DNA of 64,000 bases from Sarea resinae (lineage: Eukaryota). Made by a program: the position numbers and the translations under genes. Where the stretch lies: NCBI GenBank assembly GCA_026026165.1, contig JAPEUD010000092.1:1-64000 (forward strand). Reading direction: 5' to 3'. Shown in pieces: positions 34,677 to 47,667 of the stretch (its first letter is position 1; each line of letters opens with the position of its first letter). The notes beneath the pieces are model-generated. The model was not told where the DNA came from. It made no database searches and was given only the letters and a program-made list of their open reading frames with translations.

Positions 34677-37600
34677 ATGCAAGGCGAATTGCAATGGGAA
34701 CGCTTGGATAGTCCGTCCAGACCCTCCTCTCGGAGACGAAGGACGACAAGTATTTCCAGCGACAAGGCTTCCTTGACCGGATCGATCTCCATTCTTTTGC
34801 CTCCTACTACGGTAAACCCACCGGCGGCGTACATCGGGGCGTCTGCGGCCTCGCAACTCCTCGCAAGCAGCTTACTTAAAACTCAAAATTTGGTCGAAGA
34901 TGCCGATATCGAGATCTCCGAGGATTCTATTGCCGTCTCGCCTTCTTCTCTAGCTCTTGTGAATGCCTTTCTTGACCAATTGCTGTTCAACTTCCTCTCG
35001 GCTGCTCGTTCAACCTCGCTTGCGTCCCTCAGGTCTGCGATCTACGAAGTCTTGAAGCCGAAGCTTGGTCGGGAAGCAATCGCCGGAGCGGATGAAGAGC
35101 TCCAGACCATCTTGGATGGGGGTGACGATGAAGAGCTCTCTGCTTTCCACAACGGGCAAGAAAGCAGAGGCGATTGGGAACTAGAACTGGTGTGGAAACG
35201 AACTCGCCTCCGATGCATGGTGTACACTCGACTTGGAGACATGGAGGATGATGACGAGGAGTTGTACACAGAGCAGGAAAATCTCGACGATGATGGAGTA
35301 ACGTATCGCCGCTATAGTAGCCAGTCTGGTGTGGTCTCGCCCCCTGTCGCCATTTTCCTTACGTCCATCATCGAGTACATTGGGGAGCAAACTCTAGCTG
35401 TTGCCGGCCGAGCCGCTTACGATAGGCTTTTAAAGTCAAAGAAGATGTCCGCCAATCGTCCACATGAGGGATCGTCGCCAGCGGATGATGATGACGATGA
35501 AGTTACGGTTGAGGACTATGACACTGAGAAGATTGCGCTCAACTCTACGCTCGGACGTCTATGGAGGACTTGGCGGAAGCGGGCACGCTCGCCATCCCGA
35601 TCTGTATCCGGACTGTTCCCTCGAGACATAAGCTCGCGCGGAGGTTATTATTCCACTCTACCGAAATCAGTGAGCCGGAAGAGCAGCCTTAGCACCGTCG
35701 ATGGTCGTAATGACAGTATCGAAGGGAAGCCGAACATTCTGCTGAATGAGGTGTCAAGACAAGACTCTCCGGCCTTAATCCCGTTACCTATAGCCGAACA
35801 CGATGTAGAGGAGATCGAGATTCCTGGCTTTGCAGACAGAGGTGCAAAGGAAGCTCCGGCGTTGCCTACCAAATCCAGCCGCCGACATAAAAGCTTAGAT
35901 ATGGTGTTTCATCGCTCCACGGAAACGCCGGCGCCAATTATGGCCAGTGGTTCAGCTCGACATACTTTGCCACTCTCTAAAAGCTCTTCTATGCCCCTTT
36001 TCGAGTACATTCGTCCGAGCTCTCCACAGTCACAACAAGCAATGTCCTCGAAAGCACAGTCTGTATCCGATGCAGACGACGGCCTGTTTGCTACGCCTCT
36101 CGAACGTCCTGACACGGTTCTCGGACTACCCTCAACGGAAACGGATGGCATGACTGCCAAAGGAAATTCGAGTGATGAGCCCGAAGCAGACCCCAGCGTC
36201 AGTCAGGAAACCGGAAAGGCGAGAGACCGTAGAGCTTCTGTAGCTGACGTCATCGCCGGTGCAGCTGCTGTTGGCTCTACAATTTTGGAGGGTGTTACCG
36301 CCGCCGCCAGAGGGCAAGCGCCGAATGGTGGTCCAGAAGAATCCGACGCGTTTTCAGAGAATGACTTTACCTCTGACGGGCCTGATTTTGATGACGACGA
36401 GGTTCCTCAAATTATGGGCTCGACTAGAGTATCATTTGAAGAAGCTCGAACGCCGGTGGAAATTGTACAGGCACGTGCTCGATCTTACACATGGACCGAC
36501 CCATCTCCAGTGGAGCCCATCCAAGAAGAACCGGCCCTCCATGAGGGAGAAGAGTCCGCCAGTATTAAAGATCAGGACGATATCGTGAACCTTCTGGAAC
36601 CTAATAACTCAACTGATGAGAGAGTTACGCAGGACATGGCTGGAGGTGTCCAATCTTATCAGGCGTCAGTGGCACCGACTCAATTGCCATCACCATCCAA
36701 CGTTGATAAAACTCGGAGTGTCCAGATTGAACAGCCGAAAAAGGTTGAGCATGATCAAGAGCGTGAAAGCGAATTTCACAACGGAGACGATACTGAAGTG
36801 GGGTTCTCGGCTCCCAGCAAAGAGGCCTCTCCGAAAGAGGAAGCCCCGTCTGATTTTGTCCTCTCTGATGCGCCTGCGCCGAGAAGCCAGAGGAACTCGT
36901 CAAATTCACTTGACGCAAAATCAGACGACCAAAAACGTGGTTCCCTGGCCTCTTCGGTGGCAGACTCGAGAAGATCAGGCGTTGCGAGCGGAGTACCTCC
37001 ATTAACACCCCTACGAGAATTTCTAGAAGGGGTAGGGGAATCTTCGGACGAAGCATCCTTATCAGCCAGCTATGACTCGGGGACAATCGATCTGGACCCT
37101 TCGTCCGAGAATCTTGGAGATCGCAACTCGGCCGGAGGGGATAGTTCGAACCCCCAAAATGCTGAAAAGTCTACCGAAATCGAGACGCCCAGTCGTTCAA
37201 GGCAGGCCTCCACATCCACCCCTGCAAGCTCCGTTACCGAGAGAGCCGCAGTCCAGCGGATCACTCCATCTACGCTTCCTCCTCGAAGTCCTACAGTTCC
37301 AAAGAGTCCGGTCGCGCCTGTGCCTACCAGCCCAGTTTTGCCCAAGAGTCCTATGTTGCCTCTAAGCCCGATATTCCCAAGATCCTCTAGAGCGGAAAGT
37401 GTGGGCGAGAAAGATAAGCGCTCAAATCATAGCCTCACTGATTCGTCAGGTTCCAATGTCTCTTCTAAGATCAAGAACGTGATTGGCTGGCGGCAGGATG
37501 GCTCCGACAAACCAATATCCATCACACGAAGCTCAAATGATGACAAAAGAAGCATGAGGAGCGAGATGCTGCCACAAACCGACACCCAGGACGTCAAGCA

Positions 37601-39267
37601 AAATAGCTTTGATGAACTGATACAGAGCGAGGAGACTATTCAATACACACTCACACCGCAGAGCGTGCGAGAAGCAGAGGTAGGGTATTATCATTTCACA
37701 TGCGACGTAATGCTGATTTTTTTACCAGGCCAAAAAGGGGGTCGCCAATACGGAGAACATTGCGCCCAATTCGAGTGATCTCACCCCACGTCCTGGGACA
37801 AGTCGGTCTACAGCTTCTTCATTGAAGGCCCCCAATTTCTTCAATGCCGTCAGTCGTCCGGAATCAAGCCAGTCAACACCGGCACGCCCTACAGGAAAAG
37901 TTTCCCTTACAATGTCTCGTCCTGGGACTGCCGAGCAACGAACCCGGAAGGGTGCTTATATGGCACGCGAGCCTCGGGTGCAGGGGGAATCATTGCGAGA
38001 TTTTGCCGACTTCATTCGATCAACTGGACCCTCAAATGAGAAGAAGGCAATGCCGCCACGACTAAATCCTGTTCGTCCTTTGGCGACTATCCCGGATTCG
38101 AATCGTCCAGCAACAGCTATCAATACACTTCAACCTCCAGATTCGCCCACAAGTATCTTGACCCCAGTCCGTTCGAACAATACTGTTCCAACTTCGACCC
38201 TGCCGCCAATTGCGGGTGCTCGGGCCTCGTCGGCCGCCAGTTCCCGTACCAAAACTCGCCTTAAAGCCCGTGAAGCTACGGTCCCCCGCAAGAACAGTAG
38301 CTCAGACCTGATTGATTTCATCAGACAAGGCCCACCTAGTGACGGTGGTGGCCAAAACAATGAGGTTCCACGTACAGCGGCCCCATCCAAAATGACAACA
38401 GATTCTAATGATCTTTCCGCACGTGGTCCGGGTAAAAGAGAGGCTCTCTCAACAGATACCCGGGACAGCTCGTTGTTATCGAAGTCGATCGAATCCCAAA
38501 ATTCTCGGACAAAGCTGTTGGGAAACCATGATAAGACGTTCGGTGGAGACGAACATGTATCTCTATCTCAATTTGACGGTCCACCTGCTCCGAAGAGAAA
38601 GCAACGACGCGTTCGTGACCCGTACGCTATTGATAGTGATGATGATGATGAAGACATCCTACAAGATATGAAGCCGAAGCCGAAGCCGAAGCGTCAGGAA
38701 GAGAGCTTGATAGACTTCCTTAACAACGTGCCACCGCCGCCGCAGCCTCCTTCATCCTCGGGATTCAGGGAACCTCAGCAAGCTCGCAAGACTCTGCAGA
38801 AGAAGCACAGCACAACGAGTATTGCATCTAGGTTCGGTCGGAAGCAGTCTATTAGTTCCAGTCGAAAAAACTCCGTTAGCGCGACTCCGACACAGCCTCT
38901 TCATCCATTATCAGCGAACCCACCTCAATTGAGACCTGTGTCTAGAAACCAGTCTCCACTATTCGATGATGGCAGTCAGCTAGGAAAGCCCGGCGCAAGC
39001 GTTGAAAGCCAAAAAGGGCCTTCCCCATCGGACAACGGGCCGTCGACCCAATTCTCGAATGGTGCGGGCAATCGCATAGCCGCTCGGTCTGGACCGGCAT
39101 TCAAGTCCCGCGCGAACGGAGATAATGGACGAACAAATGATCTGGCTGATTTCTTCAAGAATACTGAACCTCCGCCAAGTGCTTCGTCGATGCACTCGCC
39201 TTCGGTCAAAGAGCAGAGCGGCTTCTCTAAGATATTTCGGCGCATGAAATCGATGGCGGCCACCTAA
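34677..39267 (+). CDS. Large conserved-looking hypothetical protein (about 1,513 aa) with an N-terminal histone-fold-like region and a long disordered tail; 2 exons (intron 37680-37728)
   Basis: Two long ORFs joined in frame by GTAGGG..GCTGAT..CAG; H2B-like and H2A-like segments in aa ~52-300; S/P/T-rich remainder. Confidence 0.85.
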
Positions 39268-40411
39268 GGGAATGCGATTGCTTATCTTTTCTTTTGTCAC
39301 TCCAAAAGGAGACGCCTGACTTGGTGTTGCCGTCTCTACGAGCTAGATGCTTAGCATACAAGTGAAATCGCTACTCTGCGACAGATACCCATTTTCATTC
39401 TCCACACCGATTTGATGTTTACTCTTACCCGAACGCTTCAGTGATGCATGACGACATCTTTCTCTTCCTGTATCTTGTCATGGGCTTCGACTGACCGCCA
39501 AATCCTTGCTCTTTCTTTTTTCCGTCTCAAGCTAAATGTTCAAATTCCGATTTCCTGTCAAATCCCTATCTTCCTCATTCCCGTTAGCAGGCGGTGAATC
39601 GGGTGCAACCTAGAAAGCAACTTGTCCTTGCTGCCACCAGAGCATCTTCGACAGTTTCATTCCATTTTTGTCTTCTTTTGAAATTTTCGTCCTGACGGTC
39701 TAGGCAATGCCAGCTAGGTAATTTGCCACCCACCCGTAAGAGGGATCATGGAAAATGACAGATGAAAGGCAGGATGACAATCTCCTTGGCCTCCGTCTAG
39801 GACTCTCCTATACCAGGTGGCCTGGTTGGCTTGCGCTCTTCAGCTTCTTTCTTTTTGTCTGCTACAGTACACACCCTTATCTCCCCTTTGTTTTTCCCTC
39901 TTGTTTCTGGCACGGACTTGCATAGGGATGCATTGCATTGGGCCTCTTTGCTCCGTTTCGAATTCGCCTTGCTCGCCTAGATGGTTTGCTTCGACTTGGG
40001 ATTCACCTAGATTTGGGTTTGGGTCTTTGCTACTTCTTCTATTGCTGTTGGTGATGTGCGCTACAGCGAGTCTTATTGCTTGTCTTGTATCTAGACTTTT
40101 CAGATCACTCACGTACGTACATAAAAATACTCGTCATCTCGACTGCTCATAATTCTGTTTCCGATTGAAGTCATCGGACCCAGCTCGTGAAAATGAGGTG
40201 GCCTATCTATTACTACATTATTGAAAGGATAGAAAACTACAATGGAATAGTTGATAAACCCCGCAACGAATGGCACGACCAATGCCAAGCTTTCATCAAC
40301 GCCGTCATTCTTCGAAATCAGATGTTCCCACATATAAAGTAGACGTCCCATCTTCTTGATTTACGGTGGGTTGTCCTAAAATGCAGCATAGCCTCCATTC
40401 ATAGTGGAGTT

Positions 40412-40897
40412 TCAACTTCCCGCCGTCCTCCTCCGCTTTCTCCTCCCTTCATTCCCCTCCATCCTCTCTGCCAGCTCCTGCGCTTTCCTCATAGCCAATA
40501 TCTCATCCTCGGCCTTGTTCTCCATGAGATGGAAACTGGCGTGGTGGCCACAACCGTCGCACTCGAAGCTCGAGGCTGCTTTCAAAGGGTGGATCATGAA
40601 GCGTAGGCAGGCGCAGGTGGGAGCTAGTAGACTGGGCTTATGAGCGCAGGGGCCCCGTGGAGGGGTATAATTCATCTGTCTCGTAAGTCAATTTGTGAGA
40701 GATTTGAGGAGTGAAAAGTGCGGGGAAGGTGAAGAGGGTCTAGGGCGCGGTACCTGTTGCCAGATATTGAGCACGGGAGATTGCTGTTGCTGTTGCTGTT
40801 GCTGTAGCTGGTTCTGCTGCTGCTGCTGCTGCTGAAGGGCCCCTCCATGAGCTGCTACGCCGGGGGAGGCGATGCGTGTCAGGGAGAGCTCGTCCAT
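40412..40897 (-). CDS. Small poly-Gln protein with a C..CxC..CxxCxH..H putative zinc-binding motif; 2 exons (intron 40676-40753)
   Basis: In-frame splice GTACCG..TTGAC..CAG; GPCAHK...TCACLRFMIHP...FECDGCGHHASFH; basic C-terminal RRKRRR. Confidence 0.72.
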
Positions 40898-42290
40898 GGT
40901 GTGCAGTACGATGGTGGACGTGAATCAGGACGCGTGGTCCGCGAAAACTCTTTCCTTCGTGTTTCCGAATCCAGGTAGAGGGGTGAGGTCGCCGCGCCAT
41001 TCAGTGCTCGCGTGAGGCATTCATCATTGAGGCTCGTGTCGTGGCGTTCTGGATCTGGAGATCGGCCGCGGCTGCATGGTCCTAGATCGAAGGCGGTGAG
41101 CGGATCGTGTTGACATTTGCCCTCATGGGGTTTGGTGGGGGTGCGTTCCAATTGCGACTCGGGAGTTTCAGAAGGTTCTTGGTGGGTGATACGTCATATA
41201 CCGTATCCACTGCCTCCTACCAATACTACCACTACTACTTACTAGATATCAGCATTGAGTGATTCTCGATATGGTTTTGGAGATGTCTAGGTATTGAAGA
41301 CACAAGCAGCACTACTATTCATTCCGATCTGTCCTATTCTATGCTCGAAGATTTTGATGATGAAAATCAAAGAAACCCATAAAACAGTACTAAGATATCA
41401 GTCCCGCGGAATCTTACCGGACATCGATGCTTCCCACTTCCCCATGGCAGATTCCCAACGCCAGCCTCATCCCCCTATATGAAACACAGCCATGCCCGGT
41501 GAGAATCAACGACCACACATTCTTGATATGTACAAGGACACGGAAATGAGAAGAACACGTCTAGCTCCGTGAGAAGTCCGCTATTCATTGTATCGTGTGA
41601 TTCACTCCTCGACGCCCAAGAGGAAGCCGAATTGGGCATCTCGCTCTCCCATCGCCGAGACAATCGTGAACGAGATTGGACGCTGTGTGGCGTACATCTT
41701 CAAGCGTACCTTCGAAGGTCCACTATTTATTTCGCCTGGAAACCTCGCACCTTCCTTCTTCTTCTTTCTCTCTTCAGGTCACTTTCCACATCCGAACCTC
41801 CACTCATCCACTCTGCATCCCAGCTTTTGAGGTAGAGCTCATCAACACGGCCCGACAAGGCATCATACGAGTGAGTCTCTACTCATCCCACTAATTTCCT
41901 TGAGCTCCTCTCCTCAGCCTCTCGAGGTCCAGCCAGCTGAGACTGTGTTCCAGCCAAGAACGAACTTTTGACCTCAGTTCAATCTTAGACGACCCACGCT
42001 GTCACGGAGAACATCATCAGGTAAGTCAAGCCTGCTTGCTTGTCATCAATCATCTTGTCCCCAGCAAGCTCTGTTCTAGAGATTCGTTCTCCGACTTCCG
42101 ATCGCAAATCCATCGTTCCATCTTCACCAGAGCCAGGCCAGCTGGTCTCCCGAGCACAAATGTGACAGTCTGTTGTTCAATAAGCCTTACAACTCTTGTT
42201 CGACATTGCTTCTAATCCAACTCTTTACCCTCACTGTAACTACCTCTTATCTGACCTCCACAGCAACCAGTCAAGCCACAAGCGATCATT

Positions 42291-44355
42291 ATGAGTTTCG
42301 ATAGTAAGTCTTTTCTCGCAATTTCTTGATTCTGCTGACGCTGTACCATCAGATGCCGGTGCCTCCGGTTGGAACGGTGGCGATGCCGCGGGTGGCGGCG
42401 AATGGAAGGACGACCCGGTTACATCTAAGCATGAAGACGGCGTCTTTGATTCAAGCAATGGCGGCGGTGGCGGTGATGGTGGAGATGACCGTACCTGCAA
42501 CAAGTAAGCTTTCTCGATACCAACCTGATCGACATTATGCGGAGACTAACATCTAGCAGCTGCTCTCAACCGGGTCACATGGCTCGTGAGTGCCCGGAGC
42601 CCCGCCAGTTCTCTGGTGAGTGCTTCAACTGTGGCCAGCCTGGGTAAGCGACGCTATCTCTTCATCACTCTTCCAATACTGATAACATCTGCAGTCATAG
42701 CAAGAGCGAATGCCCGAACCCCCGTGTCTTCAAGGGGACATGCCGGATCTGCGAGCAAGAGGGCCACCCTGCCTCCGAATGCCCACTGAAGCCGGCCGAC
42801 ATCTGTTCAAACTGCAAGCAAGAAGGTCTGTTCAAAGTGGCTTCAAGGTATTCGATGAACTCTGACACAAAGCAGGGCACAAGGTTCTGGAGTGCAAGAA
42901 CAATCGTGTCTTCGACCTTTCAAAGATCCCGGATATGGACCCGGATGAGGCCTGGGAAATGCTCAAGAAAGCCGACGCCGAGCGCGATCTTGATGATTTC
43001 CGTGATGTAAATAGAGTTCTTATTTTGACTATGATGCAACGTTCCATGCTAATGCTTGGTTCCAGGGTGTCAAAATCTATGCCAAGGCTGTTCCGGGCAC
43101 GACCTATGCTCAGCTGGAGCGCGCCTTTCGTGACAAGGGATTCGGTGTGTACTTGATCGCTCGTGTTAGTCTCCATACTCTTTTTCAACGCGAGCCAAAG
43201 ATACGTGCTAATGCCATCTTGACAGACCAAGGAGATCGCTGTTACTCAGACGATCATTGATCTTCAGGGAAAGCTCGAGTGCGAGTTCGAGGTCGGTTAC
43301 TACTTCAGCCCGCGTCCACGACGTATCAATGCTGCAATCAACTGGCCATCTTCTCCGGAGGAAAACCTTGAGCGTCTCGAGAATGCTGGCACTGTCCAAG
43401 ATCGTGGGGTCTCGAAGTGTGGCAATTGCAATGGTATGTTGCAAGAGAGATCTATCATAGCCCGCACTAACAACAAATAGAACTTGGCCATTCGGCTCGT
43501 TTCTGCACTCAGGAGAAGGAAGAGATCGAGCGCGCTGGGGTAAAGTGTGTTAATTGTGAAGAGGTTGGCCACCGAGCCCGCGATTGCCCGCAGCCTCGTG
43601 TCGACAAATTTGCCTGTCGTAACTGCAAGTGAGTATTTTGAAGCCCGCAGGTACTCAATTGTTTGGGTTCTAACATGCTGTAGGCAATCTGGCCACAACG
43701 CAGCGGACTGCCCGGAGCCTCGTTCTGCTGAAGGCGTGGAATGCAAGCGATGCAGCGAGAGTAAGCTCTGACGGCGCTTGAATGTTCGATTTCGATTTGC
43801 TGATGAGGTGTTTCAGTTGGGCACTTTGCCAAGGATTGTCCTACCGGAGGATTCCAAGCATGCCGCAATTGCGGGTAAGTTCTCTTGAGTCGTTGCTGTA
43901 ATGTATGTAGCTGAAAAGTTCTAGTGAGGAAGGTCATAAGTCGATGGAGTGTGACAAGCCTAGAAACCCAGACACGGTGCAATGCCGCAACTGCGATAAG
44001 AGTGAGTCCTCCTTCCTTCTAGCACGAGCGGAACGGTCGATCTGACATGTCCTAGTGGGCCACTTCTCGCGCGACTGTCCCGAGCCGAAGGACTGGTCCA
44101 AGGTAAAGTGTAGTAACTGTGGAGAGAGTACGTTAGCTTCTAGCCTTGGTTGTTCTGAGCTGACTGGGGAAATCAGTGGGACATACCATCAAGCGTTGCA
44201 AGAAGGAAGTCGAGACCGGCGACGCCGACGACACCTTCGGCAATGGCAATAGCTTCGGAAACGGTGACACTTTTGGCGCTCCTGCCGAAAACGCCAACAT
44301 CTTCGAGACTCCAGCCCAAGACTATCAAGCCAATGCGGCCGAGTCCAGCTGGTAG
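42291..44355 (+). CDS. CCHC zinc-knuckle nucleic-acid-binding protein (CnjB-like), 11 knuckles, about 12 coding introns plus 2 probable 5'UTR introns
   Basis: Manual splicing gives 4 + 7 CX2CX4HX4C knuckles around a central domain (EAWEMLKKADAERDLDDFRD...ENLERLENAG). Confidence 0.9.
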
Positions 44356-45403
44356 GCCGTTCAAAATCCATGGAGATTGTAGATCGTTCAGGTTGCTTCA
44401 TGTAGACTGAGCATATTGATCAACTCTCTCGTGAGCAGGCCCTGAAGCCAGATTGCTGCTGTATGGGCGAGTTTGGCACGCTCATCTCTGTGTTTCAACC
44501 GAGTGTGTTTCCTTGTGTCTCCTCGTGTTATCCTTCTCTTTCGATCCTCTTGTTCTTCTTTCTCTTTCGCGTCCTCTGGTTTATCAACTTCGTTGTGGAC
44601 GAGCCAAGGATGCGGGTAGCAGAGCGATTAATAGTCCAAAAGATTCAAAAGTTTAGCTAGCAACGATAGAAAGTTACATCTGAAATTCGATGTTCATCAA
44701 CCTGTGCTGTCTTGCCTGTCTTGCTGGAAGATGAGTCCGTTGCAGACAAGTACACGCGTCCTAGGAGTTGTCTTTGCAGGGGTTAAAAAAGCGTGAGGTG
44801 AGTTGTCTGGGATCTGATCATGAGGGATGGTGGAGATTTACGCGAACAGACGAACGAAGAGATAGTCTTACGAAGAGATAGTCTTACGAATGATCACAGG
44901 TGTATGCCTGGGTGTCCAGGAGTGAATCCTGATTCTTGGTGTTTTTCGCGTAAATACTGCTCGGCATAGGAGGTTGTCCGGGAGGCAAGGGAGCAGCAAT
45001 GTCATAAGCGGTGACTGCTCACAGTCACGGTAGCTCTAGTCTTGAGGTCTGTGTGCCTTTTCCTGAGATCATACCATGGTGCATCACCTTCACTAAGACA
45101 GGCACAGGGCTGAATATTCTGCGTGCATTATTACTCTGTCTGGACCGCATCGTTGTGACAGTTGATGTTTCTGGTGGTCGCGATATGGGCAGACTGATGA
45201 TCTAATCTGAGCCGAGGCATCTTCCCCACGTTTCGTTTCAGAGTCGACCAGGGCAAGGCCAGCCTCCGCTCGAAGCAGATCATCTCCATTGCCATATGGC
45301 ACTATGTTAGACTCAACGCCCTGTTCGCCTTCTGTTCTCTCATCAGAAGCCTTGTCGTTGCTGTAGACCGTTATTTTTGAAAAGTCTGGGAGATCTTCTA
45401 ATC

Positions 45404-46467
45404 ATGGCATCACCGTCAGACTATCAGTTTGAGCACTTCAATGTCGCCTTTCCCGCCGAATATGTCGTTCACGTGGAGATCAATCGGCCGCAGAAGCTGA
45501 ATGCTTTCGACGAGCCGTATGTTACCCTCCCTTTTTTATGAAGCTTTCTCGGTCCCGTCGCCACTCTCTGATGTTATGTGCGATCCTATAGAATGTGGCT
45601 TGAACTCCGCACCATCTTCGACCGCCTTTCGCAGGATCCCAATGTCAGAGCTGTTGTGCTCTCCGGTGCTGGGCCCAAGGCTTTTACGGCAGGACTGGAT
45701 GTGCAATACGCTACGCAGAGTAAGGTTCTCTTCGGAGAGGGCGAGGGTGGAGACTCGGCGCGCACGGCACAGGGTATCAGGAGGTATATTGCCGGATTCC
45801 AGGATTGCATCAGCAGCATCGAGAGGTGTGAGAAGCGTGCGTGCACATCATTTTCTTTTTCCCTTTCTCCCAGTCGACCCAGTCATTTAGAGCACGCTCT
45901 GTTACCACCCAGAGCTCCTTTGAACCAGACATGGAAGAAAGTAAACTGACGCACGACTTTAACCGACCAACAGCCGTCATCGCCATTCTGCACGGCCACA
46001 CGATCGGCCTGGGCATCGACATCTCGTGCTGCGCCGACATCCGGCTCTGCGCCGCGCGCACGACCTTCTCGGTGAAGGAAGTCGACATCGGGCTGGCCGC
46101 CGACATCGGCACGCTGACGCGCCTGCCCAAGGTTGTCGGCGCCCACAGCTGGGTCAAAGACGTGTCTCTGACGGCGCGCGCCTTCGACGCCCCCGAGGCC
46201 CTGCGAGTCGGCTTCGTCAGCGCCGTCCTGGACGACAAGGCCGCCGCGCTGGCCGAGGGCCTCCGTGTCGCCGGGGTGCTGGCCGCCAAATCCCCCGTCG
46301 CCGTCCAGGGCACCAAGGAGTTGTTGAACTACAGTCGCGATCATAGCACCGCGGATGGCTTACGCTATACAGGGGTCTGGAACAGCGCTGCTGTGCAGAC
46401 TCCCGATGTCAAGGAGGCTATCACTGCTGGCCTGGCAAGGAGAAAACCCTCCTTTGCGAAGCTGTAA
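45404..46467 (+). CDS. Delta(3,5)-Delta(2,4)-dienoyl-CoA isomerase-like crotonase, peroxisomal; 3 exons
   Basis: VEINRPQKLNAF; AFTAGLDV; FSVKEVDIGLAADIGTLTRLPK; KSPVAVQGTK; C-terminal PTS1 -AKL. Confidence 0.92.
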
Positions 46468-47667
46468 TCGTGAGAGCGGATGCGTTGTTTTTGTTTTGTT
46501 TCTGGGCTGGAAACGGGGAACTGTTTTTCTACGTGCGGGTAATTCTGAATATGGTACGAGAAGGGCTGCTAGGACTCAGGAGAACTGGGGCCGGAGACTG
46601 GGGAACGACAAACGGGAATTTGCATGATTGATTGGGTAGGAACACCCGTCAATCGAATTGGGAACGTGTCAATAAGTCTAAGGGCTGTTTTTGAAAAGCA
46701 TTCATTCCTTCATGCCAACGAATTTGCTTCCAGTATCGATGTCAGGATGGGAGCGAGCGAGCCAGCTAGCCTGTGCAAGTGGAGTGGTTCCAAGGCCTGC
46801 CTGCCTCCCTTTCTATCTGCCTGTCTGTCGGCCGCGACTATCCCGTTTATTATGACCACGTATGCATTGAACTGGCTAGGGAGCTGCCCCCTGACTACTG
46901 CGATGAATGGAGAATGAATTACGTTCAACGTGAGACTGGCAGATAACGAAAGATGCAGGTTCCTTCCTACTGACCGACCGACCAACCCCTGATCTCTGTC
47001 GAAAACCGTGAACCTGAAAAGCCAGCGTCCCTCGGCTGGACACTGGAGGGACTCCTAAAAGACACCTATTTCTGGTCCGTGAACAAAAGGTGTCTACGCA
47101 GTGATCGAGCACTATGAAGTGAGGACGAAGACGGTCTCGCGGACCCCGGGTCTAGACGGTCTCATTTATCTCAGGGAGCATCAAGGGGGAAAGTACGGGC
47201 TCAGAGTGAAGCTGGGCGGTAAGCCGTATTGCTTAAGATGTGGTCTTCGTGAGCAAGGAAGAGAGCGGTTTATAGGGCAGGATGAGGCAGAATAGCAATA
47301 TCTCGGTGGGATATTTACTTGGCATGCAGCTTCGATGGTTGCAAGTGGAGGGTTTTGGCGTCGGAATCCAATATGTAACCCGAACAGACGAAAGCTCCTC
47401 AAGAGAGCGCTTCCTTTTGGTTCAGATAGTTCGACGTTTGGACTATCTACTCGGAGTACTGCGCAGTAGACGATCACCTCTACTCATAGGGCGGTGAGGT
47501 TGCTTGAAGTTCTGCTGACTAAGTCCGTCTTCTACGGAGTACTCTGCTTACTTCGTACTGCCTAGAGTACCTCGGGAGCTGCAGAGCTTCAATAATCAAT
47601 AAATATGCACCGAGGACATCACCATTGTGTTGATAGACCTCACAAAACCGCAAATTGAAATCCAGCC

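Noticed and set aside
44855..44890. 16-bp tandem duplication (acgaagagatagtctt), and a similar 15-bp one near 48139-48172, as CRISPR-like or TSD signals
   Set aside because: Only two adjacent copies with no spacers or intervening element; ordinary slippage
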